Below are positions 1 through 12,000 of a stretch of 64,000 bases of DNA, piece after piece; position 1 is the first letter of the stretch, and every line of letters begins with the position of its first letter. The stretch is from Podarcis filfolensis (lineage: Eukaryota): the NCBI GenBank assembly GCA_964270895.1, contig OZ185436.1, one strand, 5' to 3'. The notes beneath the pieces are model-generated. The model ran no database searches. It was not told the DNA's origin and saw only the letters and a list, made by a program, of their open reading frames with translations. Position numbers and translations under genes: made by a program.

Positions 1-3000
1 AATTGCCATGACAACTAGAATCTGAGGGGGTTTTCCCCCCATTGCAACAGCGCCAAAAATAATAATAGAAACATTTACAGGTAAACATCAACTAATGAGA
101 GACAGTTTAAAGCAGCCATCCCATTAACCATAAGCAAATTACTCAGCCTCATCGTGTTGACAGGATTTCACATTTGCTTTCATGAAAGCAGATCTAACAT
201 TCTTTGTCATCTACACAATCAAAGCCATGCTGAATATCATGATGACTAGTTGACTTTCCCAAAGATAAATTCTTTTCCCCTGGCCAGAATTGCATTCTCT
301 CAATTACAATATTGAGCCAGTCTCCCTGAAAACCTGAATAGGTTAATAGAAAATTGTACAGTGTTTCTGTTCTCAGAAGCAGCAGAGCCCTCTTCAGGCA
401 TTAACATATTATTGCCTGAAAAGGGAACACTGAATAGAGTTGGGATGCACACTTTTAGCCCATCCCCCAGAGCCATGTGACTTTCAGACCATAGAATTGT
501 TTACAGTGGACATCTGCATCTGGGTGCCTTATGCATTGAAAGGCTCCTTGTGCAAGTGGGAACCCTGATCATCTCACTTGCGTAGGTAGCCTTTACACAA
601 GGCTCCCAGAGTATGCCATAAACACACAAAGGGCCAGAGCTGTCACATAGCTCCAGGAGCGAGACAAAACACACGTCCCTGAAGCCCTGCTAGCGTTCCC
701 CTCTAACGGGAAACAGGCATCTATCAAGGGCGAGGCTAGACGAGAACCCTTCTCCCTGACATCTAGTTTTCTATGTGCAAGGAGTTTTTCTGTAGATGGT
801 CATTCCATCAGATGAGTCACCACTGGTCTTCAACTGGTGGGTTGCAACAGGAGCACTACCATCATGCAAATATATGATAAAAGATTAAGAAATGGGTCCC
901 CAGATGCCAGATTGGGTTAAAAGTAGGTCCTGGGTCTAAAAAAGTAATCCTTGTATTCTGTGTTGAAAACTTTCAATAAAAATTCAGACAAAATAAATGT
1001 ATAAATAAGTTGAAGATACCTGAGTTTAGAGTGACCTATCTAGGTTCACTACTATATGTACTGAGTTCCACCCACAGTACAGAATACATAAGTGATACAT
1101 AAGTACAGAATCCCTGCACACAAGATTATCAGCCTACAAAATGTACACAAATTAAGCATTTCCTTAAAAACGGCAAATTTGTCAAGGACCATGCTTTCTG
1201 ATTTATTGGATGCAGAGCGTTTGAAGACTGACTCTGATTTTGAAATGTTGTACTTTCAGGATTATAGCTGGAGGATGCCTGCATATTTTGTGAATAAAAA
1301 TATGTTGGTATATAAAAGAAATGATAATAATATATATACTGAGAAATTTTATAGGTCCATTTGTTTTTATCTTGTACTCATATCGTTGCTCAGTGAGGGA
1401 ATTTTCTGAACTGGACGTTGGTAGCGTGGCTTTCTGAACTGGAATGTAGAATGGCTTTCACTGTTAGGTTTTTGATTTATAGCAGGATGACTTTAAGTAC
1501 AAGTCTGTCACTGGAGACATCCTGCCCAGATGTTATAAAGAGCTTTATAATCCACCCTTATCATGGGGGGTTTCAGTGCTGCTTCCATATGTTCAAGCAG
1601 ACTAGTTCTAGATGCGGAGCTCTTCACCCCAACTTACCCACAGTAGATCATAACCCCAGGAACAGTAATGTTAATAGGCAGCCATGGTCATCTAAATGAT
1701 AGATCTTGGAGACCTGGTGTCAATTCTCTGCTTTAGCCAGAAGCAAGAAACCATTCTCTTGGCTTTAGTAAAAATGAAATAAGTGTCGCCTGCCTCAGAA
1801 AGAGCGTCTGTATGCTCTGTACATGAAACAAAGGTTAAGTGTAGAATTCATGATCAGAGATGAAATATCTGGCTATGCTTTGTTGCAAGTCCTTTTGGAA
1901 AACTAGCTTAACATATAAAAAGCTGCTTGTCGTTTAAGGATAAAAGTCTTCTTATTTGAAAACAGGAAATAAAAACCTCTGCTGCTCACACAGTTGCATA
2001 ATTCTGTAGATTGTGACCAGATTACTAGTGCACTTATTACATAATTGGTGTACTTATTATACAACCAACATTACACCTGTTTTGAGTCTTCTCTTGTGTT
2101 CACTAGATGCTGATAGTAAATGTACGCGCTCCATGAGCATGGTGTGCAATGTATGCTAGCATTCTACATCTGTGTGTATTCTTGCTGTGACATCCAACCC
2201 TTTCTCCTTTATAATCAATGATTTGTGTTTTTTACAGAATGCATTAAAATGTTGTAAAAAAAAAAAAATCAGAAAGTTACTAGATTCCTCCTTCCCCCCA
2301 AGATAATAAATTAGGTATGATCTAAAGACACATGATACAACAAATTTGCTGAAGCTAAGCAAGCCTGGATTTGGTCAATACCTAGATGGGAGAATGCCTT
2401 TGAACCCTACATAAAAATCAATTCCATTTATGTCTGTGAAAGAAAGGCTGGATATAAATGTAATAATTACAGTAATTCTGGCATCTTCTAGATGGCAGAA
2501 CTCTTAAGTTATCCATGTAAAAATAAACTGGAATGCTAATTTTGAGGTTTAGCATTTTTGGATATTTTAAAGATTTGCTTTACTATATGTATACTCAGAT
2601 AAAGAATGCTGTTTTGCAAGCATAATCTGGGTGGTAGTTTTCTCTCTTACTTTCTCGCGATAGTACTGTGGTATTTAAAGAACTGGGGTTCATTCTTTAG
2701 TTGCTTTACCTGTTTCTCATTGGAAGAGAAAAGACCTTTCACTAATCATTTCTCAAAACTAGGCAGTATCGGAGTCCAATGTCTGCAAGCAGAAACAGAA
2801 TATGCCATTCTGTACCATGCAGGCACACAAATTGGACACGGATGAGTTAGAAATACTAATTACCAATATTTGTGATTAGATGAATTGTTTGGAAGAATAA
2901 AACAAACACCAAGAAACCTTAGGCATAAATTTCTTCTCTTTCAGTAAGTTTACGTACTAGAGAAAGGTCAGTCAGTTTGCAGGCTCAAGGTTTTATCTTT

Positions 3001-3155
3001 AAACTCAAAAATACTGATTCCCTGACCATGTGTCCTGTTTTATTTCTTTCCCTCTCTCATTTTGCTATGCAGTGAGTTTGCAGCCACAGTCCACCCATAA
3101 GGACTTTGTTTTTCTTTTTTTTCACATTGCGATGTTTTGTCTAAACTTCTTATAG

Positions 3156-6053
3156 GGGGATCAAGGTAATGATGGCGCTGCTGGTCCGCCAGGTCCTCCT
3201 GGACAGCCGGGTGCAAGAGGGCCCCCTGGAGACACAGGAAAAGATGGCCCAAGGGGACCCCCAGGCCTTCCTGTAAGGCGTAGTTATTAGCTAAGATAAC
3301 TGTTGAAAACTAAAATGCATGTTTTGCGGGGATATCCTGCTCATGAATGCATTTCAATTATAAGTTCCTGAGCCTCGAACTCAGATGTATCAAGGTGCTA
3401 AGGGAAGGATACAGGCATTTTTGGAGCAAAGAGTAAGAGCGAAGGGAAATCACTCTTCAATATCTTGAAACCAGAGGCAGAACTTATCTTCAAACTGTTT
3501 GCGTTGAACAGGGACGATAATCTAGTCAACAAAGCTTTGTGGTGGCGCCTTGCCTTGGAATGGTTATCTTGCATTTTGCAATGAGCAGCTAATATTCTGA
3601 CAATTCTGCTTGTAGATTCTAGCAATATGGCAGGCTTTGGGGTTTTATCAACATTCAAGTTTCCCTTGCTGATGCAGCAGCAATCTCTTTTGGCAGTGCC
3701 CATGGGATTGTTCTGTAGGGCAAGCGGTAGTTGTGTCATAAAATGATCTTCACAGTAGTCTTTTATTAACTAACCATTCATACTCAGTCCTTAGTCATTA
3801 AATTAATCACTAATTTCCCTGCTGTTGAATTAGGAGAATTAACAGTCATTATCTACTAAGCAAAGATAACTGAGATGAGATACAGTTTATGTGTTCAATG
3901 TTAATCCACAATAAATAGAACCATAGCATACCTGTCTGTATTTTCACTTTATTAATGACACTAATCTAAATCATCAAGACATGGCAACATTTCTACGTTC
4001 CCTAAGTCAATGAAATAACTGAAATAACGCAATCTCCTTAAGCTTCTCTTCTTCACTGTTGTGCTTTTTAGGTGGGAGGGGAGCGTTTTGAAAAAGTAAT
4101 TTTAGAAATGCATTCATTGTCTCTTTATTTAAATAACTTAGATTTGTGTTTCTTTAGGGTGAGAAAGGACAACCTGGAGAAGCTGGTATCATGGTTAGTA
4201 TGCAATCTATGGTATTAAAACATATCCTAATGGATTGATTTCACATATTAAGCATGAGAAGCTTGCCTAGCCTACCTCAGATGTGTGTAACCTCCTCCTC
4301 TTCCTCATTCTGCTCTATAATAGTTTTATACAGCTCCTTTCCTTGACTATGCTTTGGCCATCTAATCACTACCCCTAAATACATGTCTACCATCTGTGCC
4401 ATGTTGAGTTTAGAACAATTGTCAGGCTTAATTGTCTAGGGCTTATGAAACAGTCAGAGTCTCATTTGTTTTTACGAGTCAGCTTTCTGTACTGCACCAT
4501 CAGAAAAAATAAGGTGAGCCTCTTTCCCCAAGCACTTTTTCGTTCTCTTCCATCTTTTGTTGTCCTACAAACATTTCGCATAAGCTCTTTTGTCAGGCCT
4601 TATTTAGGTTATTTCTTTACATCAATATTGTAATATTTTTTAATTGCTACATGCACTGACTGTGGCGCATGAGAACTACAAGTGCCAAAACCTAGACTAT
4701 CAAAAGACTTGCTGACCTCTTTTTAAGTGTCAGAACATTTGTAATAAGATACCATGCTAGCAAACTTAACTCCCAAGTGTATTTCGTCATAGGAGAAATA
4801 CCCATTTCCACTTCTGCATCCTGTGCGTGCTACTGCATGGATGACCCACTGCCCTTTCACAAGCCTTTCAAGGGTACTATATTTACAGCATCTTGACGTA
4901 AAAGATCACAGGCCATGAGTGAAATTTTTATTTATTATTATTTTTATTTATTACATTTATATACCACTCTTCATTTGAGGATCACAGCACGGTTTACAAT
5001 ATAAACACACAAAAATACGTAACATAATAACAAATAAAACAACACCTCCACGCAGAGAGATTTTAAAAGGCCATAGGTTGTTTAATTAGGCAAAGGCCTG
5101 GAAGAAGAGAAATGTTTCCACATGGCTGCTAAACATATGTTGGTGGTTTGTGGTATATTCTAAGAAGCAATCTTCCCACTGTGTGCCCCCACCCCACCCC
5201 ACCACCAATAGGCTAGGATGAGTTGAAAGAACCCCCCAGAACAGCGCATGGGCAGAGGAGAGGGAGATCGTTATAGCAGGCGAGCAGAAATGCTCGTGCT
5301 GACAGAGCGATCTCCTTAGCTCTAAGCTGAATTATTCCCATCATGTTTTGAGGACCCACCCTATTCCTGCGACTGTGTTTTGTTTTGACTGTTTTTTCTT
5401 ATTGAATTAAAAAATGCTGAAATCCACCCTGAGACCTGCAGGTGAGGAAAGGGTAATAATCATAGTGGGCAGGATTCAGCTAGTGAGTCCTGTCAGCACA
5501 AGGGCTTCTGTTTGTGCAGTGGGGCTTTCTCTCTCCCTACCCCAATAATTCCCTTTTAAAGCTTGCGGTAAGGAATTCCATCGTTTTAACTATGCATTGT
5601 ATGAAAAAGTGTTTCCTTTTTCTGAATCTTCCAACATTCAGCTTCATTGGATGGCCTCAGGTATTGTGTTTCTATTTAAGTTTTGTGACTGGTTACACCC
5701 AACAGCCATTTTATAGAGGTGCCCATGTCGCTTCCTCTAAATTGCAAATGGACCTTTGGGCCCCAAAAAGATTGACAGCCCAGCAACATTTTTAATGAGC
5801 TTGGCTGCGTTTTGTTTTGTTTTGAAAATGGTACAATTTTATTTGTAACATTTCCTAGACATTGGAAAAAAAATGTTTTCATTCCTGATATTTTTAAGTC
5901 AAACATAACGTGCTTCACTTATTTGTTTTGAAGGGTGAGCCTGGTATTCCAGGAGGAAAAGTAAGTTATTTATGTTTCTTTCTTTCAAATGCTATCTGCA
6001 TTGAGACAACATGTTCCCAACCCTATCTGTCTGTCTGTCTGTCTATCTGTCTG

Positions 6054-6094
<41 letters not shown>

Positions 6095-9000
6095 TTCTAC
6101 CTCACAACTCAGTTATCACAACAGAGTCACAAAATATCTCCAACTTGAAAGTAAAATAACATGGCAGTTAAAACTACTAAACACATTTAAAATAACCTTT
6201 TTAAAAACAAAAAAAAACCAGCAATACAATAGTGCAAAGCAATCCTCTGATCCAGAGCAGACTGTGGTTTGTTTCTTGCCCAGCGCAGCAGCAGAATGAG
6301 CAAGGGAGGAGCAAAGCTCTTGAGATTTCAGTAGCATCCACCAACATCCCAAACTACAGGGGAGTTGTGTAACTATTGCATTGTAATCAGGGCTAATCAC
6401 ATGGGGCTCACCCATCCATGGATATGATAGATCAAACATTATTCACTCTGTGCTGTTGTATCCCTGAAGCTGATCCAGTACATGAAAGCTTCTGCCATAA
6501 CAGTCTTTAAGGTGTAACAAGACTCTGCCATTCTTGCTGCAAGAAGTGATCACAGCTACCCCTCTAGAAACTGTCCAAATGGAGTGGTTTGCTAATATCT
6601 GGACTGGAGTTTTAAGAAGCAAATATCTGTATATATTTCTCCAAGGCAGCTGAGTCGGGGGCAGGATATGTGTGTATTTATTTTGGATTGTGTTAGCTAA
6701 AGATCCTTTTCCATATAATGGACCTTAGAAGGGCCACCAAGTAGCTGTGGCCAAGTTGGAAAACACTTTATTATTAATTCATGCTGTCAGAGCTACCCTA
6801 GGTCCCAGCTCACAAAGGACCAACGCTGCTTCGTTGTTAAGTATAAAAGTCTTTATTGAAGTTCAGTTTCACTTCCAGAGCCGCAGCGCGCAGCCCCACG
6901 TCTAAAGTGTCAGACCACTGATGCTCCGTCTGAGTCTCCTCCCCCTTGACACCAATTTAAGATTCTAGCCTTGCTCCACCTTCTCCGCTGCTCCTTCCTC
7001 CTCTGGGTCCGCCTGCCCGCCGGGGTTCCGCCCTTTCTAGCCTCTTCTCCCGCTGATTCCCCTGAGCCTTCTCCCTCCCTCCGGCGGGCTTTAGGAGCTG
7101 GTTCCCCATCCGGGTCTCCTGCTGTTCCGCTCGCCTGCACATTTGAACTTGGCGCGCGCGCCCAGCCAGCAGCTTTCCTCCTGACCGTTCCACTGCTGCT
7201 GTCACTGCTTCCCCCATCGGGGGGGGGGCTAGCTGCAACTGACCTCCCCTCCGTTGGAGGCGTGGTCAGCCCTGACTCCCTCTCTGGAGGAGACACTGCT
7301 CCTGACACATGTGACTCCTCCCCCCCACTACGCTCTGGTGGGGAAACTGGTCCTGATCCTCCACTGCTGCTTTGGGGTTCCCCTCTGGCTCCTTGTTTCT
7401 GGTGCGTCCCCCCTGGGACCCCCCTTGCCCTGACCATCGGCGCCCCCTTCTGGGAATCTTCTGATTCGCTGGAGAAGCTCATGGAATCTCTCGGGCCACT
7501 GTCATACTCCCCTACGCTGCCCTCGGATTCTTCCCCTTCGCTCTCCCAATCCTCTCTCCCCAGTGCTCCTGCTCCTGATTCCCTGACACATGCTGTTCAG
7601 AACTGCACATAACCTATGGCTACAGTATGTTTAGGAAACACGTTTAAGGATTACATTTCAGTGTGTTCCACAGATAATGAGTGATGTCTTCATGATTTAT
7701 CCACACTGCAAATAAGACTACTCTGAGCTAATAAATGAAATCTCTCCATCTCTCTTCTGAACAGTTAGAAATTAAGTATTAGAAATTAAGTCCCAACTTC
7801 TGGATCAAAAATATTTGGCAGTTGCTTTTCTGGTTAGGCTTACAGTGTGAACTGTTGAGCTTCTGCCAGCATTGACCCTGGGAAACTTAATGCACTTTTG
7901 TATTTCAGTGTCACCTATGTGTGTTCTATTTCATCAGGGTGATGCTGGAATCCCAGGAGAACCAGGGATTCAAGGGCCAAAGGTAAACTTCCTTTTTGTA
8001 GCTCCCCGCCCCCAGTCATATATATTATGGGTAACAAAGTAGAATCAATGCAGTATTGGCATACAGGCTGATTGTGTTAAATTTCAATCCTAAATATTTT
8101 TGGTGATTGAGAGTCATATTCTACACTACATAGAGCAAACTGAATCAGAAATTAAAGATTGTTTTTCCCTTTCACTTTGGTCCTATGGGGCTCAACCATT
8201 CTTAAAGAATAGCTTGAATAGCCATCAGAACAGCTGTACCGTGTTTAAAGACTGTCATTTAGAGCCTGAATTCTTTTTGAAGGATGCTCAATATTTGGAC
8301 ATTGGGGTGAAAGCAAGATTGTAATGTTCACCTAAATTTGTATTAATCTCAGGGAGAACAAGGAAGTATTGGGCCCATAGGCGAGAAGGGCAAGGAAGGA
8401 CTACCAGGGCCAAAGGTAAGCATCTCCTTGAATGGTACAGTAAAACTGATGAACACCCTTCTTAGAAAATGAGAGTGTTCTTTGCACTTCTTTTGAACGC
8501 TACAGGGAAAACAAGGAAGCGTTGGCCCAATGGGAGACAAAGGCATAGACGGTAAACCAGGGCCAAAGGTAAGCAGCGCATGGGAAAGCATAAAAAGACT
8601 GGCACTTGCCTTGCTCAAAAACTAAGAGTTTTCCACTCCACCTTTTTTAAACACTACAGGGGGAACCTGGAGGCCCTGGCCCAATGGGAGACAAAGGCAA
8701 AGATGGTCTACCAGGGCCAAAGGTAAGTGGTGCATGGGAAAGAATAGTAAGACTAGCACCTGGCCTGCTTAGAAACTGAGAGTTTTCCACTACACCTCTT
8801 TCAAACATTACAGGGAGAACCAGGAAGTGTTGGCCCAATGGGAGAGAAAGGAACAGATGGTCTACCAGGGCCAAAGGTAAGCATCTTCTTGAATGATACA
8901 GTAAAACTGATGAACACCCTTCTTAGAAAATGAGTGTGTTCTTTGCACTTCTTTTGAATGCTACAGGGAAAACAAGGAAGCGTTGGCCCAATGGGAGATA

Positions 9001-12000
9001 AAGGAATAGATGGTCTACCAGGGCCAAAGGTAAGGAACACATGGGAATGGATAAAAGACTAGCACATGTCTTGTTCAGAAACTGAAATTTTTCCATTGCA
9101 CCTCTTATAAACTCTCCAGGGAGAACCAGGAAGTGTTGGCCCAATGGGAGACAAAGGAATAGATGGTCTACCAGGGCCAAAGGTAAGCAGTGCATGGGAA
9201 AGAATAAAAAAAGCTAGTGCTTGCCTTGGTGAGAAACTGAGAGTTTTCCATTGCACCTTTTTAAAACACTACAGGGAGAACCAGGAAGTCCTGGCCCAGT
9301 AGGGGAGAGAGGCATAGATGGTCTACCAGGGGCAAAGGTAAGCAGTGCATGAGAAAGGATAAAAAGGCTAGCACTTTCCTTGGTGAGCAACTGAGAGTTT
9401 TCCATTGCACCTCTTTTAAACACTACAGGGAGAACCAGGAAGTCCTGGCCCAGTAGGGGAGAGAGGCATAGATGGTCTACCAGGGCCAATGGTAAGGAGC
9501 ACATGGGAGTTGATAAAAGACTAGCACATGTCTTGTTAAGAAACAGAGTTTTCCATTGCACCTTTTTTAAAACACTATAGGGAGAACCAGGAAGTCCTGG
9601 CCCAGTAGGGGAGAGAGGCATAGATGGTCTACCAGGGGCAAAGGTAAGCAGTGCATGGGAAAGAATGCTAAGATTAGCACAATCCATGCTTAGATACTTA
9701 GAGTTTCCTATTGCACCTCTTTCAAATAATACAGGGAGAACCAGGAAACATTGGCCCTGTGGGAAAAAGAGGCATGAGTGGTCTACCAGGGCCAAAGGTG
9801 GGTATTACATGGGAAAGGATAACAAGATCCTAAGCACATAGCCTGCTAAGAAACCAAGTTTTTCCATTCTCCCTCTTTCAAAATTGACAGGGAAACCGGG
9901 GAAGCATTGGCCCAACAGGGGAGAGAGGCATGGATGGGCTACCTGGGCCAAAGGTAAGCAGTGCATGGGAATGACGGCTAAGATTTAGCACATGCCCTGC
10001 TTGAAAACTTAAAGTCTTCCATTGCACCTCTTTCAAACACTACAGGGAAATCCAGGAAGCATTGGTCAGACTGGGGAAAAAGGCATAAAAGGGCAACCAG
10101 GAGCAAGGGTAAGCAGCACATCAGAAAATATACTAAGACTTGATGATACCTGCTCAGAAACTGAGAGTTCCATTGCCCTTCCTTAAACACCACAGGGAAA
10201 ACGAGGAAGCGCTGGCTCAGTGGGAGAGAGAGGCATAGATGGGCTACCAGGGCCTAAGGTAAGCAGTGCATGGAGAAGAATGCTAAGATTAGCATATGCC
10301 CTGCTTACCAACTGAGAGTTTTCCACTGCATCTCTTTCGAACATTATAGGGAGAACCCGGAAGCATTGGCCCAATGGGAGAGAAAGGCTTAGATGGTCTA
10401 GCAGGGCCGAAGGTAAGCAGAGCACGGGAAAGATTGTAAGGTTGTTTAGTTCATTTAAGTTTATGTATATGGCACATTTGCACAGTGAGCTGTTCCTAAA
10501 GCAGCTTACAACAAATTCCCTTTTTCCTATTAAACTGCAAAACATTGATTGGGGAGAAAGCAGTTTTGTAAAGACAACAACAATTCAGCAACAAACGTAG
10601 AATATACTGTCTTCAATATTACAAAAATATAATCTAGACCTAACGCCTAAGTATAGAGCAAAATGAAAGTTAACGGACAATAAAAACAGTACAGCAGAAG
10701 AATGGTCTTTTAACTAGATGGTTCACATCTGGCTTCCTCATCTGTCCTCCAGAGGAGGCTGGCAGAAACAGAGGGCAGTGCTGAGGAGGGCAGTGGTGGT
10801 GACTCTTCTTACCCAGCCTCCCAGATGTCCAGCTGCTTGTACTGGTCTTATTGCCCTGCTTAAAAATTGAGACTTTTCCATTTCACCTCTTTCAAACATT
10901 GCAGGGTGAACCAGGAAGCCCTGGTCCAATAGGAGAGAAAGGCATAGATGGTCTACCAGGGCCAAAGGTAAGCAACGCATGGATAGATAGATTGATTTAT
11001 TGCGGCCATTGGCCCATATCAGAAACAATACATCAAAATTTATCCATAAACAATACAATTTAAACAGTTCCAAAATTAAAACACCCATATAAAACCAATT
11101 TTACTTCAGTTAAGTAAACACTATACACAATAAGCTCCCTCTATGTAAACTGCAATTCAAATCCATCAGATTTTGGGGGGTATGCGTCTTAGTTCTGGCA
11201 CTTATTGATGGTACTTAAGTTTAGCTAAGCTGTCAGAGTCATACAGAGATCCATTTCTCCTCTTTTGAAATAAAACATTAATCAGGTATCTAGCGACTGC
11301 AAGGGATCTACTTGTATCTTCGTCGTTTAATAAGTATATTATTTGGGCTTCCTGAGGTCTATCAGCTATTCTCGATAAATATGGGGCCAGAAACTTGGAC
11401 CGTGAAGCCGAATGTAATGGACAACAGAAGATTATATGGTATAACGATTCTATAGATCCACTTTTACAGTCACAGAGGAGTGAGATCTGTCCTTTGGAGA
11501 GTCTGTTACCCAACACGTTTGATGGGAAAACATTGAATCTAGCCTTTATAAAGGCATACCTGTGCGTCACCACAGATAAGGTAGTTAAATAAGATGGAAG
11601 TTTCGTAGGTGGTGTTAAGCCAAGGTTTATCGGCGAACAGGTGCCACCACCTGTCGCAATATTAAATTGTAAATCCATCTCCTCTAATTTGTGAGTTATA
11701 ATTCTCTTGGCAGAAATTAAATCCAATTTTAATAGTTCAGATGGAGATAGTCCTAGGGACACAAGTTTCCCATGTAGTATTTTTGCCCAGGGGCTAGGGA
11801 AGTCATCTCTCCAGAGACACTGTATCAAGAGGAGATTTGGAAGTTTATGCCATAATGCCAACCAGTAACAAAGGATGCATTTCCATAATGTGGTTTCTAG
11901 AGATGTAACATTTAGTTCCAGACGTATAGCAGTATTGCTTACACACCTGGGTAATTTTAGCAACCTTCTTAGAAGCTGGTTTTGGATTACCTCCAAATGG

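Noticed and set aside
5750-5770. GPLGPK-like codons as a candidate for the missing COL23A1 exon
   Set aside because: No flanking AG acceptor or GT donor, and the Gly-X-Y pattern does not continue.
6455-6530. Possible Penelope-associated hammerhead ribozyme remnant
   Set aside because: Only the decayed GAAAGCTT...GTCTTTAAGGTG tail is recognisable; the CTGATGA core and stems are not intact.
6910-7612. 190-213 aa ORFs on both strands
   Set aside because: They lie inside the GC-rich solo LTR, are low complexity, and show no recognisable gag/pol/env motifs.
8353-10412. CRISPR-like repeat-spacer periodicity
   Set aside because: The units are spliceosomal exons plus homologous introns in a vertebrate gene. 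The 'spacers' are related to each other and there are no cas genes.
8349-10545. Minus-strand ORFs with repeated PGRPS..LSPIGP motifs (also 15061-15433)
   Set aside because: They are antisense shadows of the Gly-X-Y exons and their repeated introns.
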